64,000 nucleotides of DNA, taken from IMG/VR virus record IMGVR_UViG_3300033066_002341, positions 938 to 64,937 of that record; one strand, given 5' to 3'. This DNA comes from a virus. Lineage: Duplodnaviria; Caudoviricetes. Positions 8,866 to 18,190 of this stretch are shown here, one piece after another (positions within the stretch are counted from its first letter, which is position 1; every line of letters begins with the position of its first letter). The position numbers and the translations under genes are program-made. A model generated the notes under the pieces. The model did no database searches. It was not told the DNA's origin and saw only the letters and a program-made list of their open reading frames with translations.

Positions 8866-11105
8866 TTCTTTTTACCTCTTTCAACGCTGCGGATTAAAAA
8901 TACATTGGCTTTTTCTTGTTTGATCTCAATCATTTCCTCATCCCGTAAGCGGTTAAGGGTGTCATCCAGTTCGCGGACTCTAAGGAATCTGGCAGATCGC
9001 AAAATAACGCGCCTTTTTACCCATTTCCCTTTAGAAAGGTGGCGGATAATTTCTAAAACGCGATAGTGATATTCTTCAGTTTTGTTTTCGTACAAATTAT
9101 GCTCCATGGTATGGACAAGGTTTTTAAAAGAAAATAAAGCAACTCCAATGCCCCATGAAATAGCGCTATGGGTAATCTCGTAGCCTGTATAAGATTTCAC
9201 GGCACCTAATAAAGATAACTTAACCGCATGTTCGGGAAGTCTTGCTAATACGGCGTCAAATCGCGCCTGATTATTCAGGACAGAGGATTCAAAGCCTTGC
9301 TCGCGGCAGGCTTGCACATGGGCTTTGAATTCATTGAAATAAGCATAGGCATCCTTGTTAAGAGAGGCATCTTGTCGAGGATAGCTCCCCTCTGTTTTAA
9401 AGTCTTCCAGGAGTGTCTTTAATTCCTGAGACATGTCATAGAGGGGATAGGGATTTTCTTTGAAGAAATGTTGATCCGTTGTAAAAAGCAGATATCGTGG
9501 CAACAGCCCCTTCGTTACATCGTCAGGGGAAAAACATTTCAGCATATCAGGAGTTGAAATAGAAAATTCCGCAAAAAAGGGATTTTCAATCATAACAGGT
9601 TCGCTGCCCTTGATAACATCAGGAGAGTAATAAGGCGGACAGGAAAAAACAGTTAGCTTGAATTCTTCCGTCCGCATTTCGGCATTACTAACATTATTAC
9701 TGCGGTTAGATTTAAGCTCGTACCGCGCTTCGTCCTGAACAAGAAAGATACAGCCCTTGTTTTTTTCAAGACGCTCTACGCTTCCTTGATAGCTACCTAA
9801 CCTTTGAGCATAAAAGCTATTTTGATTGACATATTTAAGAACTTCTAAGAGTCCATTACGGATTATTGTTTTTCCCGTCCCGCTCCCCCCTATCGCTAAA
9901 ATCATAAAATTTGTGCGTAGACGGGTCAAACTTTGAATGCGATTACGCATGAGAAACCCTGCAAGAGCGATACAGCCGCCCATTGCATAGAGAGGGACAT
10001 CATATTGATGACGCTTTAACAAATATGTATATGTTTCCATAAGCAAAGGACTTGGAAAATTATAAATGTCTACACTTTCATAAAGACTAAAAACGGAGAA
10101 AGGGTCGGTTGTGTCGTCAGGAATATCTGCCATCTCTGCGGGAGATATTTCGAACACAGGTGTCGTCTTACTAAGCCATGCAGTATAGCGGGGATTTTGC
10201 TTGGCATAATGAATTAATGTTCCAATGGTGACTTTTTTCTCTCTGTTTTCTTCTGTGAAGCTGTTCCAAAGAGTCTGTAATAATTTTGCCCCTGGATACT
10301 TTTTCCAGGTTGACGACCAACGACGCCAAAGATCAAAGCCGCGGTCTCCAAATTGATGATGAAGCGCCATTCCGACGCGAATCCATTGCTCGTAAGGGCA
10401 TCCTGAGTCAATATAAAGAAGATTGTGCTTGGCTTCCTCTAAAGTAAAATCTGATTTGTCGTCAAAGGAAAGAGATTCCTGTTTTTCTTCCTGCTCTTTT
10501 CTTAATTGAAATTTTTTCTTTTCTTCGTCCGTGAGTAATAGATCAAGATCAAGAGGCTCAAGCATCCATCCTTCCCGACGAGACTCCCCCATAAATCCAT
10601 GATCGGGATGTTTGTAGGGGATAAACCACATATGAGCCATATCTTTAGACGCAGAATGATCAATCCCTGGGGGCGCCCCTATAAGAATAACCGCTCGATC
10701 ATAAACATCATTCCACTCCTCGACAGCCAGAAAACTTGCGAACGGAATAACAAGTCGCCATTTTGGACGTTCAGCGGTATGAGAGTGCGTGGTGTACCAG
10801 AAATGGATAATCTTTTTCTCATCCAGTATTTTTACCACCTGAGCAATAGGGACAAACTCATTCTTATTATCAAAGTCAAAGACCAAGCCTGTCATTGCAG
10901 CAATGCCCTTGATGCCTCTTTTGGCATTTGCCTGATAAACATTCATGGAAAAAAGCTCCTTTCGGGCAGCTTTTTCCACTTCAAGAGGGAAATGAGGTGT
11001 GAAAAAATCAGCCATTTCCTGCAACGTTCTTTCTTGAGAGAGAGGCTCTGTTGAAACAACGCTGGAAAATAAACTATATTTAATCTTGGAATTAACATCG
11101 AACAT
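8862..11105 (-). CDS. Primase-helicase (AEP-like N-terminus, PriCT-2, DUF3987-like ATPase)
   Basis: LVFDFDN and YTTHSH...WRLVIPF; PriCT-2 YEQWIRVGMALHH...FDLWRRWS; P-loop GGSGTGKT. Confidence 0.85.
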   Translation of the reverse strand: MFDVNSKIKYSLFSSVVSTEPLSQERTLQEMADFFTPHFPLEVEKAARKELFSMNVYQANAKRGIKGIAAMTGLVFDFDNKNEFVPIAQVVKILDEKKIIHFWYTTHSHTAERPKWRLVIPFASFLAVEEWNDVYDRAVILIGAPPGIDHSASKDMAHMWFIPYKHPDHGFMGESRREGWMLEPLDLDLLLTDEEKKKFQLRKEQEEKQESLSFDDKSDFTLEEAKHNLLYIDSGCPYEQWIRVGMALHHQFGDRGFDLWRRWSSTWKKYPGAKLLQTLWNSFTEENREKKVTIGTLIHYAKQNPRYTAWLSKTTPVFEISPAEMADIPDDTTDPFSVFSLYESVDIYNFPSPLLMETYTYLLKRHQYDVPLYAMGGCIALAGFLMRNRIQSLTRLRTNFMILAIGGSGTGKTIIRNGLLEVLKYVNQNSFYAQRLGSYQGSVERLEKNKGCIFLVQDEARYELKSNRSNNVSNAEMRTEEFKLTVFSCPPYYSPDVIKGSEPVMIENPFFAEFSISTPDMLKCFSPDDVTKGLLPRYLLFTTDQHFFKENPYPLYDMSQELKTLLEDFKTEGSYPRQDASLNKDAYAYFNEFKAHVQACREQGFESSVLNNQARFDAVLARLPEHAVKLSLLGAVKSYTGYEITHSAISWGIGVALFSFKNLVHTMEHNLYENKTEEYHYRVLEIIRHLSKGKWVKRRVILRSARFLRVRELDDTLNRLRDEEMIEIKQEKANVFLIRSVERGKKK

Positions 11106-11126
11106 CCCGTTTTGATCGCTCCAAGA

Positions 11127-11498
11127 TTATTTAGCGTGGTTGTAATAATAAGTTAGAGGAGCAATCTCGTTGACGAGGAAAGCTGATTCAATGATTTGAA
11201 AAAGAGAATAATATTTTTGCCCTCTCAAATAGATTCCATTAATCCTGTCTTCAAGAAGATTTGAAAATTTTTCTACAAAATCCTTACGAACATCGAAAAT
11301 AGTGATTAGTTCAGGAATATTGAAAAGCCACGCATCTAAAATACTGAAAAGGTGTGTATCCATATCTATGGCACCTCTCCTATGTTCAAGAACAAAACTT
11401 ACAAGGCCATCCAGTAAGTCAGATTGAGCCTTGACGTTAATTGCTTCTGTTTTGTTTTCTTCTTTTTTGTCTAAAATACAGTCTTCGATGAATTTCAT
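11127..11498 (-). CDS. Phage hypothetical protein (start reassigned to MKFIED)
   Basis: The ATG at 11498 has an AAGGAAG RBS and removes the overlap with the HTH gene. Confidence 0.6.
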   Translation of the reverse strand: MKFIEDCILDKKEENKTEAINVKAQSDLLDGLVSFVLEHRRGAIDMDTHLFSILDAWLFNIPELITIFDVRKDFVEKFSNLLEDRINGIYLRGQKYYSLFQIIESAFLVNEIAPLTYYYNHAK

Positions 11499-11508
11499 GG
11501 GAGCTTCC

Positions 11509-11859
11509 TTATTGTGGTACGGATTGTTGATCGGCAGGAGGTACTTTTCTAGGTCTGCCGCGCTTGTTTTGTGTAGGAGGAGCAATAGAAACGGGCGCCA
11601 GCAATTCGTAATGTTCTGAGACTAATGTGCCGTGATCTGATGTGGATTTGCGCGCTTTTGCGGCCATCCATTGATACAACGCATTTTTGGGGTAAATCTT
11701 CACTTTGTGATTAATATCAAGATAGATAGGGCCTGTTCCCTTTCTACGATATCTTTCTAAAGTCCGCGGAGAAAGATGGAGAATTTCAGCTACTTCCTTT
11801 GAGGTAAATGTATCTTCTGATGACATTTTTGAAAGAGAATTTCTTTCTGCTGCCGACAT
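11509..11859 (-). CDS. MerR-type HTH (excisionase/AlpA-like) DNA-binding protein
   Basis: FTSKEVAEILHLSPRTLERYRRKGTGPIY...KIYPKNALYQWM. Confidence 0.8.
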   Translation of the reverse strand: MSAAERNSLSKMSSEDTFTSKEVAEILHLSPRTLERYRRKGTGPIYLDINHKVKIYPKNALYQWMAAKARKSTSDHGTLVSEHYELLAPVSIAPPTQNKRGRPRKVPPADQQSVPQ

Positions 11860-11926
11860 CCACCAAGCTCCTTATTATTTAAGCACAGCAGCAAAGAGAG
11901 CAAAAAAATTGGATGAAATAAATAAA

Positions 11927-12192
11927 GGATAAATCCAGCTAAAAATGTCTATTTTTTGAGCAAAGCACTTGGATATATCCACACTTGACAACAAAATAAC
12001 ATCATAGATGTGCCTTAAAGCTGATTGTTGTGAAGTTAATTAAAGAGTAATAAAATTAGTAAATAGAAATTAAGTGGTTGAGTAATAATGTTTTTTGACT
12101 TTTGTGAAGGAGGATAACAGGGACTGGATATATCCAGCTAAAAGTGTCTATTTTTTACGCAAATATGCTGGATATATCCAGACTTGATAACA
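11927..12192. repeat. 67-bp imperfect direct repeat (11927-11993 and 12126-12192), each copy holding two GGATATATCC-type palindromes
   Basis: ggataaatccagctaaaaatgtctattttttgagcaaagcacttggatatatccacacttgacaaca versus ggatatatccagctaaaagtgtctattttttacgcaaatatgctggatatatccagacttgataaca. Confidence 0.9.
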
Positions 12193-12207
12193 TCAGACAT
12201 TTTTTAT

Positions 12208-12966
12208 CTAACGATCATCCGCTGTTTCATCTTCTTCTATTGTATCTTCATCTTCATTAGAAGTGGATGCATTTATAATAATCGCTCTTTTCTCTTCTTT
12301 TGAAAAAGCAAACCCATTTTTTTCCGAAAACAGTTTATCGGCTTCATTTTTTATCTCTTTTTTCATCAACTGATAATCCTCTCCATACTTGGTTTTTAGA
12401 AAAGGAATTAATTTTTGAGAAGCAATTATTACTTTGTTTTTGTGAGCAAGATTCAAGCAGAGCGAGTTTTTTGGGTCAACGTAATTCACTATGTTAAATG
12501 AAAAATACAAAGAAAAATTGTCTGTTTCGCCTTTGTGTACAAAGTAATTCCATAAAGTTTTTTCACTAAAACTAATTCTATCAAAATCTTTCATGCAATT
12601 CTTTGTGAGAGAATCTTCGGACAAAAAGTTATCGTGATCAATTTTGAACAAAACAACATCTTCTCTCTGTATAATTAACCCTTTTATGAAGTAGTAACAT
12701 TTTTGTATTTGAGAAGCATAAATTACATATTCTATTTCATGAGAATCGTCTATATCGATCTGCTGGTGTTTATTATATATATAAGGTGAAGAATCATTTT
12801 TATTGAAACCGAAAACTATCCGCAAATCACAACGATCATAGAAAGTCTTTGCTTGTCTCGCTCTTTTTAAATTATCAGCATTCATATAGTCAAGAATATG
12901 AAATGTTAATTCTTTTAGGCTGATTATTTTTCCATTTAGAAAAGAAGGAATTATTAAGAGAGGCAT
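12208..12966 (-). CDS. Hypothetical protein, AT-rich, coupled to the MFS gene
   Basis: 252-aa ORF whose start overlaps the MFS stop codon. Confidence 0.7.
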   Translation of the reverse strand: MPLLIIPSFLNGKIISLKELTFHILDYMNADNLKRARQAKTFYDRCDLRIVFGFNKNDSSPYIYNKHQQIDIDDSHEIEYVIYASQIQKCYYFIKGLIIQREDVVLFKIDHDNFLSEDSLTKNCMKDFDRISFSEKTLWNYFVHKGETDNFSLYFSFNIVNYVDPKNSLCLNLAHKNKVIIASQKLIPFLKTKYGEDYQLMKKEIKNEADKLFSEKNGFAFSKEEKRAIIINASTSNEDEDTIEEDETADDR

Positions 12967-14255
12967 TAATATTCCTCTCTAGGCTCTGTAGAAGTTAAAA
13001 TACCTATGATCTGAAGGATAGAAAAAGCGGTAAAAATAAAGAAGTATTCAAGAGACCCAGAAGAATAAAAATATTCCATAATCCATATTCCTAACAACAA
13101 CCCAGATATTCTCGCGGTACTCCAGGCCGTAGCTGCTGCACTGAATCTGCCAATAACTGCAAACTGGTTGTAGAAGTTACCAATAATAAAAGCAGCATTC
13201 AAAGGCATTACCATTAAAACTTGTATAAGCCAAATTTTGAAAGGAGTCGGGACATAAAAAGAAAGATAGAAATAGGAAATGATCGAACAAAACAAAGGAA
13301 CAAAAGAAATGATTAAGTAAGAAGATTTTCGTTTCATTATATGACGATCTTCCAAACGAAAGACAACAAGAGACGTCAGAAAAACAAGCACAAGTTCTGT
13401 GCTCGCAACATACATATTATGATATATGACATCATGTTCCGAAAATCCTAATTGAGTTTTCAAAAGATTACCCATAAATACATATGAAATTGTAAATCCT
13501 AAAGGATACAAAGCCATTATAGCCACCAAACTCCACCAATTTTTGTCTTTTAATGAAAAATTTCTGTAGATTTCATTAAATGAAAGAGGGGAGTTGGAAA
13601 ATTTTTGTCTCTCAATAATAAAAGCCTTTGTTTCATCCATTCTTTTTCTGTTATGTAAAATAATCGCAAAAAGAATCGCCAAAATTCCAAACATAAATCT
13701 GATGATTGTCTCTTCTCCAAGAAAAGCGAAATAATGAAAAAGGAATAAAAAGCCACCAAGAGAAACAATGCCAGAAAGCATCTCTCCAAGAGAAATAAAA
13801 GGTATTGTAAAGGTTGTGTGTGAGAATTTTTTTGTCGACTCATAAGCGTAAATCCAGGCGCAAGCACCTTCTCCCGCAATAGAAATAGCTTGAGCAAATC
13901 GAATTAGACAAAAAATAACAAGCGACCATATCCCGATAGCGCTATAAGATGGAAGAATAGTCAATACGATTGTAAGAGCTAACATCAAGCCAGAAGAAAG
14001 AATCAGGGTTATCTTTCTTCCCCAATCATCTCCAAGACGCGCAAAGAAAATTGACGCCAGAGGTGGAATACCATAAGCGACTGAAATAGCAAAAGTTGCC
14101 ATCCAGTGCTGATGTTCTGGCGGAATAAAAATTTTCGCAATCATTGGCGCACAATGAATAAAAAAGTACAGATCAGCAAACTCTATGAAATTTGCAAAAA
14201 ATATTAATCTTAAATTAGGTGTGGAAAAAATATCCTTTAGAGAATTAGATGGCAT
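12966..14255 (-). CDS. MFS transporter (MHS/ProP-like)
   Basis: About 12 TM segments; NFIEFADLY, FARLGDDWGRK (MFS motif A), RFAQAISIAGE. Confidence 0.9.
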   Translation of the reverse strand: MPSNSLKDIFSTPNLRLIFFANFIEFADLYFFIHCAPMIAKIFIPPEHQHWMATFAISVAYGIPPLASIFFARLGDDWGRKITLILSSGLMLALTIVLTILPSYSAIGIWSLVIFCLIRFAQAISIAGEGACAWIYAYESTKKFSHTTFTIPFISLGEMLSGIVSLGGFLFLFHYFAFLGEETIIRFMFGILAILFAIILHNRKRMDETKAFIIERQKFSNSPLSFNEIYRNFSLKDKNWWSLVAIMALYPLGFTISYVFMGNLLKTQLGFSEHDVIYHNMYVASTELVLVFLTSLVVFRLEDRHIMKRKSSYLIISFVPLFCSIISYFYLSFYVPTPFKIWLIQVLMVMPLNAAFIIGNFYNQFAVIGRFSAAATAWSTARISGLLLGIWIMEYFYSSGSLEYFFIFTAFSILQIIGILTSTEPREEY

Positions 14256-14344
14256 GAAATATACCCCTTAAATTTTTCTAATAAGATTATTCATTTTTAT
14301 ATAACCCTGTCAATACCCCGCAATGCTCCGCAGAATTATTTTTA

Positions 14345-14583
14345 GGTAGCTGTATGGTAGCTAAGAATTATGAATTAAATATTTTTGGCTGATTTACTAT
14401 AGTTAAAGAACGATATTTTTCTTCTTTTCAATGAGAATATCGGTATAGTATTGTAAGTGCCGCAATCTCCAAAAAATAAAGGCTAGACTAGGTTTTTTTC
14501 CATTATCCATTCTATTATTCTCCGCAACGATACGTAATAAGGTTGCTTTTACCGCATTTTAGTGGTAGCTATTTGGTAGCTAA
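14345..14583. promoter_or_regulatory. Two pairs of GGTAGCT direct repeats, likely integrase arm-type sites (attP-like)
   Basis: GGTAGCT at 14345, 14356, 14564 and 14575 (11-bp period within each pair, pairs about 220 bp apart), directly upstream of int. Confidence 0.6.
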
Positions 14584-14601
14584 TTAGAAAGGAGCAACCA
14601 A

Positions 14602-15759
14602 ATGTCAAAACTAACCAAAAACGTTATAGACCGGCACAATCCAACAGACAAGGACTATTATATCTGGGACAGTGAAGTAAAAGGATTCGGATGTCGTATC
14701 TGGCCGTCGGGGAAAAAGACCTATATGTTTGTTTATCGATCTCCTCTCAATCAGAAGAAAATTTTCTTTAAAATTGGTGTTCATGGGAATATCACGGTGG
14801 ATGAAGCAAGAACAGAAGCCAAGAAATTATCCGGAGCTATTGCGGCAGGACACGATCCCAAAGAACAGAAGCAAGAGAAAATTGCGGAACAGAAGCAAGA
14901 ACTATTATTTGGTGATTTTTTTGAAGTGTTCAAAGAGAAATATATGTCCATAAAATACAAGGACGGGGGTTACAGAAACATGAGCCTTGCTAACGTTCAT
15001 ATCCTGCCAAAATTTACTAAGAGAAAACTAGGTGAGATTACTTCGCGAGATATTAAGCTCTTTTTAGAATCTCTTGCATATATACCACCTACAGCCAATC
15101 GATGTTTTGCGTTGCTTAGCATGATGTTTCGCAAGGCAGAAGATTGGGAGTACTTGCCTCCTAAAAGCAATCCCTGCACGGGCGTTGAAAAATACAAGGG
15201 GAACAAAAAACAGCGCTTTTTAAGCCGTCTAGAGCTTTTGAAACTGGAAGAATCTTTGGCTCAGCAGGAAAGAAAACAATCAATGTCTTACTATACTGTG
15301 AATGCCATTCGCTTGAGTTTGTATCTTGGCTGTCGCAAGAGCAATATTCTGAAGCTTAAATGGGAGAACGTTCATCTCAAGGAGCATTATGTTTTCTTGC
15401 CGGATACAAAGGTTGGCGAAGGAGCGTGTCCTCTCAACCAAAAAGCTATTGATTTACTTTTCTCTCTCAAACGTCAAGAAGGCAACCCATACGTATTCCC
15501 CGGTCAAATCCCAGAAAACCCCCTGACAAGCGTACAAACGGCATGGAAGACTATTCTCAAACGGGCAAATATCAAAGACTTTCGCTTCCATGACCTCCGT
15601 CATTCTTTTGCCAGCCTTTCTCTTTCGCAGGGCGTTGACCTCTATACAGTCTCCAAGTTGCTCGGTCACAAGAATATCTCAACTACGACACGCTATGCTC
15701 ATTTGGAATTGGAAAAGCTAAAGGAAGCAACAAATAAGATGGCGGAGGTATTTGGATAA
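14602..15759 (+). CDS. int: Tyrosine integrase with arm-DNA-binding domain
   Basis: IWDSEVKGFGCRIWPSGKKTY arm domain; catalytic GCRK, FHDLRHS, LGHKNISTTTRYAH. Confidence 0.96.
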   Translation: MSKLTKNVIDRHNPTDKDYYIWDSEVKGFGCRIWPSGKKTYMFVYRSPLNQKKIFFKIGVHGNITVDEARTEAKKLSGAIAAGHDPKEQKQEKIAEQKQELLFGDFFEVFKEKYMSIKYKDGGYRNMSLANVHILPKFTKRKLGEITSRDIKLFLESLAYIPPTANRCFALLSMMFRKAEDWEYLPPKSNPCTGVEKYKGNKKQRFLSRLELLKLEESLAQQERKQSMSYYTVNAIRLSLYLGCRKSNILKLKWENVHLKEHYVFLPDTKVGEGACPLNQKAIDLLFSLKRQEGNPYVFPGQIPENPLTSVQTAWKTILKRANIKDFRFHDLRHSFASLSLSQGVDLYTVSKLLGHKNISTTTRYAHLELEKLKEATNKMAEVFG

Positions 15760-15913
15760 TTATAGAAACTAAGAGAAATTTTATCAGATGTAAATTATAC
15801 AGCTTAAATTTCTCTAGGATTCAAGCTGTTTTTGTATTGTATATAAAATTTTGTGTTTTCTAAGAAAATAAAATATGCTTAATAAGAGACAATTGAAAAG
15901 GGGGCATGAAACT

Positions 15914-16375
15914 ATGGAAACAACTACCAGTAATTGCTTTGATGTGGCTAGCTATATTTTAGAGAAAAAAAATACAATGCCTGTCATGAAACTGCAAAAG
16001 CTCGTTTATTATTGCCAAGCTTGGTCTCTTGTATGGGATGATGCACCCTTGTTTGATAACCGCATTGAAGCGTGGATTAACGGGCCTGTTGTGGTTGATC
16101 TCTATAACTATCATAAAGGACATTACAGAGTTGGTGCATCTTTTTTTAAAGATGGCAATTCATCAAGATTAAATTCCATCCAAAAAGAAACAATTGATCG
16201 TGTCTTAGATTTTTATGGGGATAAAGACTCACAATGGTTGAGCAATTTGACACATCTAGAAGAGCCTTGGAAAAATGCACGTAAGGGACTTGATGCTAAG
16301 GAGCGGGGAAATAGAGAAATTACATGGGAATCTATGGCGGAATATTATTCCTCTATTCCACCAGAAGAGGATTAA
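15914..16375 (+). CDS. Panacea (DUF4065/SocA/GepA-like) antitoxin
   Basis: MKLQKLVYYCQAWSL...LFDNRIEAWINGPVV...LSNLTHLEEPW; start could also be 15875. Confidence 0.9.
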   Translation: METTTSNCFDVASYILEKKNTMPVMKLQKLVYYCQAWSLVWDDAPLFDNRIEAWINGPVVVDLYNYHKGHYRVGASFFKDGNSSRLNSIQKETIDRVLDFYGDKDSQWLSNLTHLEEPWKNARKGLDAKERGNREITWESMAEYYSSIPPEED

Positions 16376-16376
16376 G

Positions 16377-16823
16377 GTGAGCAAAAATAAACAGCCTTCC
16401 CGTGCGTTTGATTCTAGTAAAAAGTCCTCTGCATTTCAAAAGGACAAAAAAGAGGCTACTGAGTATTTCTCTCACCATCCAGTATGGCAATTTAAACTTG
16501 TGGACATGGATCATAAAGATTGGGGGTGGAAGAATCTAAACATTCATATGATTGATGAAATACTACAAAAGTTAACAGATTACGAATCAAGAACATGGCA
16601 TGAGATACGATCTGATAAAAAAAGAGATCATTATGTTCCCATTGATAATATCACACGAGAAGCTCAAAAAAGACTCCAAGAACTCAAAATTGATGATACA
16701 GATGCATTATATCGGCTAAGACTTAGTGGCTCACAGAGAGTGTGGGGAATTTTAGACGGATTTATCTTTAAAATTATATGGTGGGATGAAGATCATAGCG
16801 TATGTCTATCAAATAGAAGATAA
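16377..16823 (+). CDS. Putative RelE-like-fold toxin partner of Panacea (GTG start)
   Basis: GTG 1 nt after the antitoxin stop with an AGAGG RBS; C-terminal YRLRLSGSQRVWGILDGFIFKIIWWDEDH. Confidence 0.65.
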   Translation: MSKNKQPSRAFDSSKKSSAFQKDKKEATEYFSHHPVWQFKLVDMDHKDWGWKNLNIHMIDEILQKLTDYESRTWHEIRSDKKRDHYVPIDNITREAQKRLQELKIDDTDALYRLRLSGSQRVWGILDGFIFKIIWWDEDHSVCLSNRR

Positions 16824-16894
16824 TATAATCAAGTAGTTTATCCCAAAGCGAACATAGAATTCCATCCTATAGCAAAAAATTAACTCTTTTATGC

Positions 16895-16924
16895 TTGACT
16901 TTAAATTTGAATAAATTTTAAAAT
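16895..16924 (+). promoter_or_regulatory. Sigma70-type promoter
   Basis: TTGACT-N18-TAAAAT upstream of a hairpin-rich leader. Confidence 0.5.
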
Positions 16925-17263
16925 GCAAAATTCGTCATTGAAGAGATGGTCTTTTCAATGATGATGGCGACCCTCCCCAATGGTGAAAACAAAGGGAAGG
17001 GCCTAGCCACCACCGATTCATCGGGAATCAATGATGGTTAAAAATGAGAATAACTGAAGTTACATTAAAAAATCAAGAGCAACAAATAGAATTTCGGCGT
17101 TTATATTGCCGTAATTTTCTATGGATTGCAAATATTTTTTTGCGTCTTTATTTTTCTTATCCTTTCTATTCCTTTTTGATTTATGTCGGTGGTGGCTTTT
17201 TTATTAGAAAAGGAAACCATTATGACCGATATTGTTCTTAAGATATATGCGAGGAGGCAATAA

Positions 17264-17524
17264 ATGCTTCCTCAAAATAATCCTCAACCTCACCTCGAAA
17301 GATTTGATCGTATCCTCAATACAGCCAATCAACTTTTGACTCAAACGCAACAACAAGCAATGGAAGCAGGAAGAGTAAATTTTTTACTTCCTTTTATCAT
17401 TTCTAAAATCCAGATGAAACAAATTCAAGCTAATTTTGAAGAGCTTACAGCATTGACACAAGCGCTTAAACTTAACTTAGATAATATCAAAGATTCATTA
17501 CCCAAGGAGGCAAACCATGAATGA
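17264..17524 (+). CDS. Hypothetical helical protein
   Basis: Strong RBS (GAGGAGG); 86 aa; overlaps the next gene. Confidence 0.7.
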   Translation: MLPQNNPQPHLERFDRILNTANQLLTQTQQQAMEAGRVNFLLPFIISKIQMKQIQANFEELTALTQALKLNLDNIKDSLPKEANHE

Positions 17525-18188
17525 CAACTTTAATTTAGAATACTCAGCACATTTTCGCGGATTTGATTGGGACAAAGCAAAAGCTTTCTACTATGTTTCC
17601 AGAATAGGAAGCTTTACAAACGCATCCCATTTTTTAAATATTTCTCAACCAGCTTTAAGTCGGCAAATTAGCTCCCTTGAGCAGCGTCTGGGACACCCTT
17701 TGTTTATTCGTCAAAGTCGTGGACTAGCGCTTACCCGAAAAGGCGAAGAACTTCAGCGCATTATCAAGACGACCTTTGAGCAAATAAAAGAATTCACGGA
17801 TAAAGCCAAAAAGACAGAACGAGGTAAGAAACGTATCATTCGCATAGGAATCAATAAAGGAATTGTTTTTATGGTGATAAAGGCATTGGAATCTTATCAA
17901 GAATCCCATCCTTATCTCACCTTTGAACTGGCGGAAGATTTATCGTTAAAAGAAATGGTTGAGCTTGATCTCGATATCGCTGTTTGTCCTTTTCAGACAA
18001 ACAAAGAAAGACTTGAGCAAAGGCCATTTTTAACCATTGATAAAAAACTTTTATTTTCTAAAAATCTTATCCTTTCTCATCAGAAAAAAGAAACTATTGA
18101 TTTATTCTTTGTAACGCCCGCTCATCTGAAGGATGATGAAGAAATCGAGGGGATTTACCAAACATTGCTTTCTGACGTTACGAAGTAA
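17517..18188 (+). CDS. LysR-family regulator with shortened effector-binding domain
   Basis: DWDKAKAFYYVSRIGSFTNASHFLNISQPALSRQISSLEQRLGHPLFIRQSRGLALTRKGE; only 223 aa versus about 300 aa typical. Confidence 0.85.
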   Translation: MNDNFNLEYSAHFRGFDWDKAKAFYYVSRIGSFTNASHFLNISQPALSRQISSLEQRLGHPLFIRQSRGLALTRKGEELQRIIKTTFEQIKEFTDKAKKTERGKKRIIRIGINKGIVFMVIKALESYQESHPYLTFELAEDLSLKEMVELDLDIAVCPFQTNKERLEQRPFLTIDKKLLFSKNLILSHQKKETIDLFFVTPAHLKDDEEIEGIYQTLLSDVTK

Positions 18189-18190
18189 TC

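Noticed and set aside
17044-17241. 65-aa ORF in the structured leader
   Set aside because: Biased Phe/Tyr composition and overlap with the long-range stem and U-tract; more likely non-coding, though a leader peptide cannot be excluded.
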